Positions 46,770 through 60,304 of a DNA stretch of 64,000 nucleotides are shown here, piece after piece. How positions within the stretch are numbered: the first letter of the stretch is position 1; every line of letters begins with the position of its first letter. The DNA is from Geosiphon pyriformis uo1 (lineage: Eukaryota; Fungi; Glomeromycota): assembly GCA_016748015.1 (NCBI GenBank), contig JAAOMT010000328.1, positions 450,955 to 514,954 of the forward strand, read 5' to 3'. A program made the position numbers and the translations under genes. The notes beneath the pieces are model-generated. The model was not told the DNA's origin, did not search any database, and saw nothing but the letters and a program-made list of their open reading frames with translations.

Positions 46770-48156
46770 TCACATATACTGTGTTTTTATATACTCTTTT
46801 ATTGTTTGATTTTACATGTTTGGTCTAATGATTATGATTGGTTTTAGATCTTGTGGAATCTCATCTGGTTGAACTAGTATTTGTTGTATTCCTAATTGTG
46901 GAATGTTATGATGCTATTTGGTAATATGGTTTCAGTTGATCATCATGTGCTGCTTTGGCTAAGGTTTTGTTGTCCCATCTTAATTTATAAGCTCCATTTC
47001 CAAGAATTTTTTCTATGTGAAATAGTCTGTTCCATTTGGGATCGAATTTTCCACTCTATTGTTTTTCTGCTTTGGTATAATGTAAAAATACTTTGTCTTC
47101 AATCTTGAATTCAACTGGTTTATCTGGTAATTGGTTATTGTATCATTTTTTTTGCTTTTCTTGAGACTTTTGAATGTTATCAGCTGCTTTTTGTTATCTG
47201 TTTCCTAGTGTTTCTATTAGGTCATATGTTCTTTTCAACAATGTTTCTTGAAAATTAGCTTCTGTTATTGGTTCTGTTGGATATCTGCTGACCTCTTTCT
47301 CAACTGGGAATGTTGCTGTCCTACTATATACCAATTCAAATGGTGTTGCTTGTATAGTATCTTGTCTCATTGTTCGATAAGCAAATAATACTAATGGTAT
47401 AAACAAATCCCATTCATTTTGGTTTTCTTGACTGATTTTGGCAATTGCTTTACACAGTATTCTATTAAACCTTTTGACTAGTCTATTTGTTTGTGGATAA
47501 TATGGTGACAATAATGGTCTTTTTATCCCAAATCTCTGACTTAATTCTGTTAATGTTCTATTCACAAAATGAGTTCTTTGATCTGATAGTAGTTTTTTTG
47601 AACATCTATGTCGACATATTAAATCTTGATGAACAAATTTGGCAATGGATTCTGCATCTGCTCTTTGAATGGCTTTTGCTTCTGGCCATTTTGTGAGATA
47701 GTTTATGGCTACTGCAATATATCTGTTGCCTTTACTGGTGATTGTTAATGGTCTAACTAAGTCAATTCCAATATGATCAAATAGTTGTCTTACTTTGATT
47801 GGTCTTAATGGTTTACTTGGTCTTGTTTCTCTTTTTCTTCACAAGCATCACAATTTTGAACATATTGAATGATGTCTGGGTACATTAATGGCCAATAATA
47901 TCTTTTTCTGGTTCTTTTTATGGTTGCTTCTTTATAAAAATGTTCTGCTGTTGGATCTGAGTGCATGTTGAATAATATTGTCTCTTTCTCTGGTTCTGTG
48001 ATTACTCAGATTGGTTGATCTGGATTTCTTCTGTTCTTCTGATAGAGTATATTTTGATTGTTGTTTTATGTTGTTTTGTTTCTTTTGAGATAATTTTTCC
48101 TTGAACAATTGGGTATTTATATAATGTTAGAGTTGTTGGTATTTTTGTGTGTTCAT
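46770..48156 (-). pseudogene. B3 stand-alone integrase
   Basis: ATG 30 nt after RNase H stop; HHCC and DDE-core motifs. Confidence 0.9.
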
Positions 48157-48186
48157 CTTTTGTTATATTTTTGGGTTGAAATGTTT

Positions 48187-51100
48187 TTAGATTTGTCTCA
48201 TTTGCGACAGTTTATCAGCATTTTTATTGTCTTTTCCTTTTTTATAATGTACTGTATAATTAAATGGTAAAAGTTCTATTTTTCATTTGGCATGGCGATT
48301 GTTTACAAATTTTTGTTTCTGGATTGAAGTCAATCCTTTGTAATCAGTGTACACTTCAAACTTTTGACTCAAGTATTCCTTCCATTTGATAACAGCCCAA
48401 TAGATAGTTAAGTGTTCTAGTGCTGGAGTTTCATAGTTTTTCTCAGCTGGACTTAAGCTTCTACTGGCATAAGCTACTGGATGTTTTCTTCTATCTGAGC
48501 TTTTCTGTAATAGTACTGCTCCCAATGCTTGACCTGATGCATTGGTGGTGATTATAAATGGTTTGCTATAATCTGAATACATCAATACTGGAGCTTGGAT
48601 AAGCTTTCTTTTTAATGTGTCAAATGCTTCTTGTTGAGCTTCAGTCCATTCATACTTCACATTCTTGGTCTGTAGATGGTGAAGTGGCTGAGCCAGTTTT
48701 GAAAAGTTTTTGATGAAACAGCAATAATAGCCTGCAAAACCTAAAAATGCTCTTAGTTTTGTCAAGTTGGTTGGTATTGGAAAGTTCTTAACTACTTCAA
48801 TCTTGTTTGGATCCGTTTTAATTTCATCTTTACTTATTACATGTCCCAAAAACTTGAGTTCAGTTTTTCCAAAGAAACATTTGGTTGCATTTAGTTTCAA
48901 TTCAGCTCTTCTTAATCTTTCAAACACTTGTTGGAAATGATGCAGATGATTATCAAATGTTTTTGAGAACACATTGGTGTCATCCAAGTATATGACTACT
49001 GATTTCCATAGTAATCCAGTATAAACAATTTTTATGAGCCATTGGAATGTTGCTGAAACATTTATCAAGCCAAATGGCATGACTTCAAACTCAAAATTTT
49101 CTTTTCTTGTGGTGAATGCTGTTTTTTTTTGTCAGCTGGATCCATGGCTACTTGCCAGTAACCACTATCTAAATCTAATATTAAGAACTATTTATTTCCT
49201 CCAAAAGCATCGAATAGTTTTTGGATCTTTAGAGTTGGATAGCTATCACTTTTTGTTACTTCATTTAGTTTTCGGTAGTCTACACAAAAACAGATTTTTC
49301 TATTTTTTTTATAGATTAGTACTACTGGTAACGACCATGGACTTATTGATGGCTGAATTAGCTCATTGTCAAGCATCTGGTTGATTTCTTGACAAATGAT
49401 CTCCTGGCTAGCTAGTGGTACTCTGTATGCTTGTTGTTTAATTGGCATTGCATTTCCAGTCTTGATTTGATGCTAGATGATATTGGTTTGGCCAAATTCA
49501 TTTTCACTGGCAAAGACGTCATTGAAATTTCTGAATAACATCTTTAGTTGCATCTGTTAGAGTGGATCTAGATTCTCCATGTTCATCTGTTCCAATTGTT
49601 TTGGTTGGAGCAGATAACATTCACTTCTTCCATAAATGGTTTGTAATGTAATATTCACATATCCGCAAAGCTGTAAAAAATCTGGAATGTGGTTTGGTGG
49701 TTGATCCTCAACTTCAGTGGTTAAATATCCAATAATGGTTTCCTTTGGTATTTTGATGACCTTTTCAGTTGTATTATGGATGGGGATTTTGATGTTTTTA
49801 GGGCTTTTGGCTGATATGTAGAGATTGGTAAGTCCAATCTCTCCTGATTCACAAATAGTGGCTTCTGTTTTAAACAATTGAGCTTGATCTCTTACTTCCT
49901 TTTTTATGACTAACATATACTGGCCATATGGCAGAATGGAAATTGTTTGATGGGTTGAGATAATTTCTTCTTTGTCAACAATTTTTTTTTCTGCTATATT
50001 AACTAGTATATCTATTCTATCCGTTAATTCAAATTTCTGTATTCTTTTTGCTGTTATATCTAATTCTTCCCTTTTTTCCACTGAAACTAATTGAGCTATT
50101 TTCATCAGAGGTAAGAATATTGCCTGTGCTATCTTTTCATTTGGTTCTATAATATAAGTTTTTTCTGAGTCATTTTGTAGCATGGCAATGATATTTTTTA
50201 TATATCTCGCATTAATTATTCCTCCTCTGATGTTGATTTCTTTTTTTGCTAAACTACTCCTAGATGCTAATTGGACCATGATTGTTGCTGGAATTTCCAA
50301 AGCTATTTTGAGATCAATACATGTGCACAAATTTGGTTCCAATTTAATGGCTTCTTTTTCTGGATATCTCAGATCAAACCCTATGTCAGTATCATGTGCA
50401 CATTCTGGCATAATACTTTCATTATTATCACTATACCATTTGAGTTCCTGTTTCTTTGAGAGATCAGGAAGTACAATAAATGTTTTGGGGTTTGAATTGG
50501 AGTTTGACTTGTCATAATTTTTGTTGCTATTTGGAGTGGAGCTGAAACCATTGTTTTTGTCATCATCATTGTCGGAGTTTGAATTGGGATTAAAAGTTGA
50601 TTCTGATTCTAATGCACAGCTGTTGATTGGTTCTTCTTCCTTTGGGATTGTGTAGATCATGTGTGATGGTAGATTGTAAATGAGGTCACACTTATTATAG
50701 TATTGAAAGTTACATAGAATCAAACAGTGATCACATAGTCGAGTGTTTAGCTATGCTAAATGTTGCTCTTGTTTTTCTCTGGTGGGTGCCAAAGTTTAAT
50801 AGTGTTCATGAAATTCTTTTGGTTCCAGGAGATTTATGGCTGGTTTTTCATCTCAGTCAAGTTCTATAGGTTCTGGTGGGTTGTTTTTAATTTTTCTGAT
50901 TTCTTTGGATATTGCTCCTTCTATTTTGGCAGTTGTCATTCTCCAGATCTTGTCGTCATTGTATGAACAACTGTCCAATTGTTGTACTGTTCTTCTCCAA
51001 GCTGCTTCTATTAGTGTCTCTTTCCTTATCCAGTCACTAATTAGAATCGTGTATTGGCACAATTCGTTGCACATTTCTTCTTGCTCTAGAATGTCATTTC

Positions 51101-54100
51101 ACATTTTTTCATCTAAGAGAGTTTCTCTACAAATGAGACAAGATTGGTTGTCCTATTTTCCTTGCCTCTTTGGTCATCCAAAGCATTTTAAAATACATGG
51201 ATGGCAGTAGAATTTAGTGGCTGTGTGTGTTTTTTATTATCACTACAGCATGCATCTATTGACGACAATTTCTTGTCACAATCAACATATACTAGTTTAG
51301 GTCGGTGATAAGAAGAAAGTTGTGGTGTGGCATAGATGTATAGAATATGTGTGGTAGGGGCTTAGGTGGTTTTTTCTTCTTTTTTTCTCCCTTTTCCTTT
51401 ATTCTCTTTTTATTCTCAACTTGAGGTTTCTTCTTGTTCGTTGTTGATCCAAGTCAGATTGTCAGTTTTCCAGGTGGGTTTCTCTTTTTGTTTTCCTTTT
51501 CTGTTGTTGTCCCATAAGAGTATTGGCAGCAGTTTTTTGTATTTGGTGTTGGTCCAGGAAACTTGTTAGGCTTCCCAGGTAGGTTTCTTCTTCTCTTCCT
51601 CAAATTTTATAAGTGGGATTATCGAGTTGGTGGTCTTGAAATGGCCACACATAGCTGGTATGCGTGTGTGTTAACTGTTTTGACTGAGTTGTAATTTTTG
51701 AGTAGTCCAATTGAGTATGACATTAGTTTTGGATAACCAATTGTTGCCTACCAATGCTTAATATTGGGTTGCTTCCATCACTAGAACTTTGATGGGAGTA
51801 ATAATGCCATTGACTTTAAAAGGAAAGTCATTAATTTCACCAATGGGAGTTTTGGTTGCTCCATTGGCGGTTATGATTCTGGCACTGGCAGCGTGATCAA
51901 CTTGGCGACCTAATTGGTCCATGAGTTGTTTTGTAATGATGCTGCCAGCTGATCCACTATTTAGGATTAGTTTTATGAAGTGGCCATCAACTTTGACATT
52001 AGTGTACATGGCAGTAATGGGTTTTTCTTCCAAAGTGGCTCCATTAAATAACAGCATGGTCAACGGTTCTTCGAGTTCAAATAAGAAGATGGCATTTAGT
52101 GATTTATTCTTAGTAATAGTAGCTGGTAGAATGTTGCTAGTAAGTGTTGAGTGTTGGTTGGTTTCCAAGTTATTGGGTTGAGCGTCTTTTGGGGTGACCA
52201 GGAGACTTAAATAGTTCTGAAAATTCGGGTTTTGGGTGTACCCAGTGCCTGAATTCCATTGTCAAGAGCCTAATAATTGTGCCATAAAACTGGGGATCAG
52301 TTGATAGACAATTATTGACAATCTCCAACTTTGTTGGGTCAATTTCGGCATTTAAGTTCTGTTTTGAGGTAAGTTCTGTGGTGGTGTTTGGATTTGTTGG
52401 GGCTGATATATTACCTGGGGCTGTGGCTGATAAATAGATTGTGGTTGCAGCTGATAAATTGCTAGTGTTGTCAGTTGATAAATTAGCATTTGATATACTA
52501 AGAGTTGATAAAGTGGCTGCTATATTATAGATAAGTAATTCTGATGATATGGTTCTGAGTTTGGTAGGTTATTCAGAATATGAAACTGGCAATTGGAGTT
52601 TTGATATTGATTTTCTGATCATTGGTTACTTAAACAATGGTGGCAATTAATTTGTAGGTGTCCTTATTTACCACAATAGTGGCAAATATGCGTTTCCTGT
52701 TGCCACTGTTGATTGGTCAATGATAATAGACACGATTGATTCTGGAAATGATTCACATTTCTGGAATTATTGCGTCATTGTGGTGGTTGATAAATTGCAC
52801 AATTGTTAGCTAAGTATTTTTCTAATTTCTGATTGATGAAATCACTAAATTGTTTCAATTTGGAATCCAATTCAGATAATCCATTCATTACTAGATTAAT
52901 GGCTTGGGCATGATTAGCTTCGAGTTCAATGGCTTCAAAATCTTTGGCATTTGTGACGGCTGCTTACAGATTGATGGAATGCATTGAACGTATGCATTAC
53001 AGGATGCTACTGTATAATCTGTGAATAAACTGATTTAGGATCTGGGCTACTGTGAAATAATTGGGGTCAATGACTTGGATCTGGCACAGATTCCTGTGGA
53101 AGCATTCTAAGTAAGTAGTAACTGCTTTATTTTCTCCTTGTTTAATGATAGTGAAGATGTTTGCTAGTCTGTTAATGCTGTTATTGTTGCTAAAGTATCT
53201 TAAGAATTCTATTTTGAATGCATTAAAATCTTGGGGTTTGTTGACCAGGCTTTGGTACCATGAATCAGCCATATTTTGGAGAAAATATGGGATGGTTTGC
53301 ATGGCTCTGATGTTATTCCAGCCATTAGCTGCAATGGTTTTCTCCATATTATTTAGCCATATTTGGGCGTCATCCTCTTTGCTAGTAAATTTCTTGAGTT
53401 TTGCTATTAGAGTGTAGACTATTGGATACAAGTTTGGTTGTTAAAGTTGTTGTTGTTGTGGCTGTAAAAGCGGCTGCTGTGGTAGTTGTGATGGTTGAAA
53501 TAGTTGTTGTTGCCGTTCATCAATTGGTGGAACTGGGGGTGGATTGATCATGATTACTGGAGGTAAGTGTTATTGATTATTAATGTTGGGGTTTCAATTG
53601 TTTTAATTGTGCTGTGTTTGAAAATTCAGAGTTTTAATTTCCGGGTTTTTTGGGATTGGGTTCTGGTAAGTAAATTCTTGATCTTCAGATTCTTTTTCTT
53701 CTTTCTGTTTCTCTTCCGATTCTGTTAATTCCCAGAGATTTGTGGTTCCAAATCTGGCTGTAGTAGTGGTGATTAGAATCTTGATGGCATTGGCAATCAC
53801 AATTTAAATCTTTCAAAGTAATTACCATATGGTCTTAATAACTCTGCTTTTCGTTATTTACTTTGAAATGGGAAGTGTTCAAAGATTAATATTGCATTTG
53901 ATGTAGACACATCTGTTGATGAGATGTTGATAGCATTTCTAAGTGTATAATGATATAATGGATTAATAGGTGATTCAACTCGGGTTTTTTTCCAATTGGG
54001 TAGTTGGATTTGTTTTGGTGTTACTGCTGGGGTTTGTAATCTTCCTTTGCCTTTATCTGCATAGGTGATGGGGAATTATTGTTGTGTATACCTTTTAATA

Positions 54101-54369
54101 GTTTGATTGATTTCTCTAATAATTGGTGCAAAACTGTAGTTTTTTGGTAAGCTGGTATGTTGAAATAATTCTGTATAGAAGTTTTCTCTTGCTGCTTCAA
54201 TGTTAACTGTTCTTCCTAAGCACTCTGTGATTTTATTGTTAACATAGAAGTTGAAGACTGATTCTGCTGGGAAATGATTATTGTTCAATTCTAATTGTTA
54301 ACTGTATTGTTGAAATAAGAATTTGGCAAATTCTAAATGGTTTGTCTCTATGATTTCTGATTCTGCCAC
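48187..54369 (-). pseudogene. gag-pol: B3 gag-PR-Cys-rich-dUTPase-RT-RNase H polyprotein
   Basis: KLKKFTSKEDDAQIWL capsid; LILNSGSAGS; SRSSLA; YLDDTNV. Confidence 0.92.
50010..50400 (-). pseudogene. dut: dUTPase domain of B3
   Basis: AHDTDIGFDL, ASRSSLA, GGIINARY, KIAQAIF. Confidence 0.87.
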
Positions 54370-54430
54370 TTTGGATAATTGTTAATGGTGCTGGTTCTCT
54401 GTAGGATTAGACCTCATAGGGAGCACCAAA

Positions 54431-55279
54431 TGTTACAGATAATTATTTGGGGTCTCAATTCAAATAACAAATCCATAACTTGGTGTTCAATATCTTGACA
54501 ATATTGGTGATACTAATACGTTGGTTGTATCTGAAGATTTTAGAGTTGAGTCTTTTGTATAATAGACAGAGATCTTTTAAGGTTGATGGTAGTTGTATTC
54601 TCAAGTTGTTTTCCCAATTTTTTTCTCAGCTTGGTGGCTGAATTTATTTTGGTATTTGTGCCCTTCTGGTAAGCTATCTGATAATATATATATAATTCTA
54701 CCCTTATTTCTGGGTTTTTTATCAGGCTATCCATAACGTCAATAACTCAGCACTTTAATCCTTAATCTATTAGTATTCAACAAGAAAAATCAAAGAAAGA
54801 AAGAAAAATAAAAGAAAATAAAGAAATGAGCCAAGGCAATATGCAAGTTAGTATCTTATCAATAGCCATAATTAAGAGCTATTGTTCCAGCATAGTTAAG
54901 TATTAATTACTATTAACATGAAGTGTTGATAGTGGAAAGTGGATTTGAATAGTAGATGATTTATTTATTTAATATTTGTGAATAAAAGATTTTTAACTAA
55001 AAGATTCTGCTTTTTCTACTTCTAATGCTACTGCTATATATACATAATTGATGTTCTATGAGATTGCTCACATTTCTGAGTGATGTGCTATGATTTTTTG
55101 AGCAATGCTCACATTGCTGAACGATGTGCTCTAATTTTCTAATATTGCTCTATATTGCTGAGCAATATGCTGTGTTTTCTGACATTGCTCCACATTGCTG
55201 AGCAATGTGTTTACATGCTAAATACTATTCTCTTATTGGTCTGCTATTTTCTATATCTGTTTTCTTTTTATGAGTAACA
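54431..55279 (-). repeat. 5' LTR of B3
   Basis: Adjacent to PBS 54411-54428. Confidence 0.9.
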
Positions 55280-55283
55280 ACAA

Positions 55284-57260
55284 TAAAATCACAGAGTGCT
55301 TAGGAAGAACAGTTAACATTGAAGCAGCAAGAGAAAACTTCTATACAGAATTATTTCAACATACTAGCTTACCAAGAAACTACAGTTTTGCACCAATTAT
55401 TAGGGAAATCAATCAAACTATTAAAAGGTATACACAACAATAATTCCCCATTACCTATGCAGATAAAGGCAAAGGAAGATTGCAAACCACAGCAGTAACA
55501 CCAAAACAAATCCAACCACCCAATTGGAAAAAAACCCAAGTTGAATTACCCATTAATCCATTATATCATTATACACTTAGAAGTGCTATCAACATCTCAT
55601 TAACAGATGTGTCTACATCAAATGCAACATTAACCTTTGAACACTTCCTATTTCAAAGTAAACAACGAAAAGCAGAGTTATTAGGACCATATGGTGATTA
55701 CTTTGAAGGATTTAAATCGCGATTGTCAATGCCATCAGAATTCCAATCACCACCATTGCAGCCAGATTTTGGAACTACGAGTTCCTGGGAATTAACAGAA
55801 TTGGAAAAAAAACAGGAAGAAGAAAAAGAATCTGAAGATCAACCAAAATCCAATCTCAGAAAACCCAAAAATCAAAACTCCGAATTTTCAAACACAGCAC
55901 AATTAGAACAATTGAAACCCCAACATTAATAATCAACAACACTTACCTTCAGTAATTATGATCAATCCATTCCCAGCTCCACCAATCAACGAATGGCAAC
56001 AACAGCCACTTCAACCACCTCAACTATCACAACAGCCACTTTTACCACCACAACAACAACAATTTCAACAAACCAACTTAGATCCAATGGCATACACACC
56101 AATAGTCAAACTAGAAAAATTCACCAGCAAAGAGAACAATGTCCAAGTATGGCTAAATGATGTGAAGAAAGCCATTGCAGCTAATGACTGGAATAATGCC
56201 AGAGCCATGCAAGCCATCTCATATTTTCTCTAGGATACTGCTAATTTATGATACCAAAGCCTGGTCAACAAATCCCAAGATTTCAATGCATTCAAAATAA
56301 AGTTCTTAAGATACTTTAGCAACAATAACAGCATTAACAGGCTAGCAAACACCTTCACTACCATCAAACAAGGAGAAAATGAAGCAGTCACTACTTACTT
56401 AGGTTGCTTCTACAGGAATCTGTGCCAAATTCAAGTCATCGACCCCAATTATTTCACAGTAGTCCAGATCCTAAATCAGTTTATTCATGGATTATACAGT
56501 AGTATCCTACAACACATATGTCCAATGCATCTCATCAATTTGCAAGCAGCTGTCACAAATGCCAGAGATTTTGAAGCCACTGAACTTAAAGCTAACCATG
56601 CCCAAGCCATTAATCTAGTAATGAATGGATCATCTGAATTGGATTTCAAATTGAAACAATTTAATGATTTCATCAATCAGAAATTAGAGAGATACTTAGC
56701 TGACAATCATGCAATTTATCAACCACCATAACAATACAATAATTCTAGAAACACAAATTGTTTCCAGAATTAGTCGCATCCATCATTGTTGACCAATTAA
56801 CAGTGGTAACAGGAAATGCGTGTTTGCCACTATTGTAGTAAACAAAGACACCTACAAATTAATTGCCGCTATTGCTTAAATAACCAATGATCAGGAAATC
56901 AATATTGAAACTCTGATTGCCAGTTTCACATTCCGAATAACCTACCAAACTCAGAGCCATACCATCAAAATTACTTACCTATAACACAGCAGTCACCTTA
57001 TCAACTACCAATATATCAAATACCAATTTATCAACTGACAATACCAGCAATTTATCAGCCACAGCCACAACCCATTTATCAGCCGCAGCCCCAGATAATA
57101 TATTAGCCCCAACAAATTCAAACACCACCACAGAACTTACTTCAAAATAGAACCTAAAGACCGAGATTGACCCAACAAAGCTGGAGATTGTTGATGGTAG
57201 TCTATCAATCAATCCTCAATTCCATGACACAATCATTAGGCTCTTGACAATGGAATTCAG
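55284..57260 (+). pseudogene. gag: B2 gag (capsid, CCHC knuckle, PIYQ-rich tail)
   Basis: DPMAYTPIVKLEKFT..WLND; CHYCSKQRHLQINC; reverse complement of B3 gag. Confidence 0.88.
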
Positions 57261-58147
57261 TGTTACAGGTAATTATTTGGGGTTTCAAAGCAAATAACAA
57301 ACCCATAACTTGGTGCTCAATTGATTGATAATGCTGGTAATACTAATATGTTAGTTGTATCTGAAGGTTTTGGAGTTGAGTCCTTTGTATAATGAACAGA
57401 GATTCTTTGTTAATGTTATTTGCAGTTAGTTTGTGTAAGTTGTTTCCCAATTTCTTTTTCAGCTTGGTGGCTGGATTTATTCTGGCAGTTATGTCTTTCT
57501 GGTAAGCTATCCGATAATATATATAATGCTACCCTTATCTCTAGATTTTTTACCAGGCTATCCATAATGTCAATAACTCAGTGCTTTTAATCAATTAGTA
57601 TACAACAAAATCAAATAAAAGAAATAAAAGAAAATAAAGAAATGTAGGAAATAAGCCAAGACAATTTGCAAGTTAGTATTCTGTCAATAGCTGTGATTAA
57701 AAGCTATTGTTCCAGTATGGCTAAGTATTAATTACTATTAACATGAAGTGTTGATACTGGAGAGTAAATTGAGATAGTAAATAATTATTTATTGATATTT
57801 GTGATGTAGAAAGTTTCTAACTGATAGATTCTGCTTTTTTTCTACTTTTAACACTACCATTATATATACATAATTGATGTTCTATAAGATCACTCACATT
57901 CCTGAGTGATGTGCTATAATTTCTTGAGCAATGCTCACATTGCTAAGCAATGTGTCATATTTTTTTGACATTGCTCCACATTGCTGAGTGATGTGCCTTG
58001 ATTTCTGACATTGTTCTACATTGCTGAACAATGTGCTATAATTTCTGACATTGCTTCATATTGCTGAGCAATATGCTCATGTACTAACTACTACTTTGTC
58101 TATTGGTCTACTATTTTCTATAACTGTTTTCTTTTTTATAAGTAATA
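57261..58147 (-). repeat. 3' LTR of B4
   Basis: Family-B LTR next to PPT AAAAAGGAGGAGATAA. Confidence 0.9.
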
Positions 58148-58161
58148 TTATCTCCTCCTTT

Positions 58162-58797
58162 TTAATATTGAGCTTCATCAAAATCTTTGTTTTGAATTAA
58201 TTCTAATACTTCTTTTTCAAGTATTGTTTGTTCAACTCTGTTTCTTACGTCTTCTACTTATGTATTGTTCATTCTTCCCCATTGGTTAATGGTTATGGTT
58301 TCCATGTTAGAGTGTAACAGTATTTCCAGATAGTTCCAAAATATGTTGTGTAGTTAGTACATTGTTCTAACATACAGTGTTGAATTTGTTTTCTTTCTGA
58401 TAAATTCTTCAATTTGTTGTATTATATCTTGGTTGAATATTCTCTTGGATTTGTTAATATACAACTCTTGAATATTCAACTTTTGACCTAGCCAGTAATA
58501 GCAATATGACATTGGAAGTTGTTCTGTCCATTGCTTCTAATTTTTTTTTGTAAGCTCTTCTGTTGGTGCCATAATAAGTATTTTCCCAAAAGTGTTCTTC
58601 ACTTTTTTCATTAAGTTATCTGTCCAGTTTTTATTGTTCTTTGTTAATCACTGATATGGTGTATTTTTTGTCTTTCTTTGGGTGTTTCAATAGCAAATTA
58701 TTTGGTTGTTAATAACAATTTCCATATCTAACTGTTGTTCACTTAAGGCTTGGAACAATTGTTGAGCTATAGTGTAGATATGATCTGGTATTTCCAT
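58162..58797 (-). pseudogene. B4 ORF3 (~212 codons)
   Basis: ATG GAA ATA CCA start to DFDEAQY*; nonsense transitions inside. Confidence 0.72.
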
Positions 58798-58815
58798 TTT
58801 TTTTGGTTGCTTCCA

Positions 58816-60235
58816 TTACATATACTGTGTTTTTATATACTTTTTTGCTTGTTCAATTTGACGTGTTTGGTTCAATAACTATGATTAGTTCCAAATCTTG
58901 TGAAATCTCATCTGGTTGAACTAGTATTCTTTGTACTTCCAGTTGTGGAATGTTATTGGTAGACGATGATGTTATCTGGTGATATGGTTTCAGTCGATCA
59001 CCATGTGTTGCTTTTGCTAAGATTTTGTTGTCCTATCTTAGTTTATAAGCTCCATTTCCAAGAATTTCTTCTATGTAAAATGGTCCGTCCCATTTGGGGT
59101 CAAATTTTCTACTCCATTGTTTTTCCACTTTGGTGCAATGTAAAAGTACTTTGTTTCCAATCTTAAATTCAACTGGTTTATCTATTAATTAGTTATTATG
59201 TCATTCTTTTTGCTTTTCTTGTGACTTCTGGATATTGTCAGTTGCCCTTCGTCATTTGTTTTCTAAAGTTTCCATCAAGTCATATGTTCTTCTTAGCAAC
59301 GTTTCTTGAAAATTCTTTTCTGTTATTGGCTCTGTTAAATATATCTTGACTTCTATTTCAACTGGTAATATTGCTGTTCTACCGTATACTAATTTAAATA
59401 GTGTTGCTTGTGTAGTGTTCTGCTTTATTGTTCGATAAGCAAATAGTACTGATGATATAAACAAATTTCATTCATCCTGGTTTTCTTAACTAATCTTGGC
59501 AACTGCTTTACACAATGTTCTATTGAATCTTTCAACTAGTTCATTGGTTTGTGGGTGGTATGGTAATAACAGTAGTCTTTTAACTCAAAATCTTTGACTT
59601 AATTCTGCCAGTGTTTTGTTCACAAAATGAGTTCCTTGATCTGATAGTAGTTCTTTTAGACATCCGTGTTGACAAATCAAATCTTGATGGATGAATTCAG
59701 CAACGGATTCTGCATCTGCTTTTTGAATGACTTTTGCTTCTGGTCATTTAGTGAGATAATCCATAGCTACTACAATATATCTGTTGCCTCTGCTGGTGAT
59801 TGTTAATGGTTCAACTAAGTCAATTCCAATGCAATTGAATGATTGTCCCACTTTGATTGGTCTTAATGGTTCACTGGGTCTTGTTCCTCCTATTCTCTGA
59901 CAAGCATCACAATTTTGAACATATTGAATGATGTCTGGATATATTGATGGCCAATAGTATCTTTTTCTAGTTCTTTCCATGATTGCTTCTTTATGAAAAT
60001 ATCCTACTGTTGGGTCTGAATGCATGTTAAATAATATTGTCTCTTTCTCTGGTTCTGTGATTACTTTAATTGGTTAATCTGAATTTCTTCTGTTCTTTTG
60101 GTAAAGTATATTTTGATGATTAATAAAATATTTTGATTGTTGTTTTATGTTTTTTTGTTTTTTTTGAGATAATTTCTCCTTGAACAATTGGGTATTTATA
60201 TAATGTTGAAGTTGTTGGTATTTTTGTATATTCAT
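58816..60235 (-). pseudogene. B4 stand-alone integrase
   Basis: MHSDP..CDAC, IGIDLV, DQG, DGPFY. Confidence 0.9.
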
Positions 60236-60266
60236 TTTTTTTTTTTATATATTTTTGGGTTGAAAT

Positions 60267-60299
<33 letters not shown>

Positions 60300-60304
<5 letters not shown>

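Larger units (their letters stand above)
45278..55279 (-). mobile_element. Full-length dUTPase-bearing Ty3/Gypsy retrotransposon B3, TSD ACAA
   Basis: LTRs 45278-46104 and 54431-55279; ACAA at 45274-45277 and 55280-55283; PBS 54411-54428; host gag rejoins (FYINN|KITECL). Confidence 0.95.
44251..57260 (+). mobile_element. Family-B element B2 (5' LTR, PBS, gag), interrupted by B3 and B4
   Basis: LTR 44251-45081, PBS 45084-45101, gag 45144-45277 plus 55284-57260. Confidence 0.88.

Noticed and set aside
57890-58080. CRISPR-like palindromic repeats with spacers
   Set aside because: Spacers resemble each other, the array lies inside LTRs, there are no cas genes, and the context is eukaryotic
60236-60300. 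Poly(T) tract as a retroposed poly(A) tail
   Set aside because: Aligns to short A-runs of the RH-IN spacer in B1 and B3; homopolymer expansion or sequencing error
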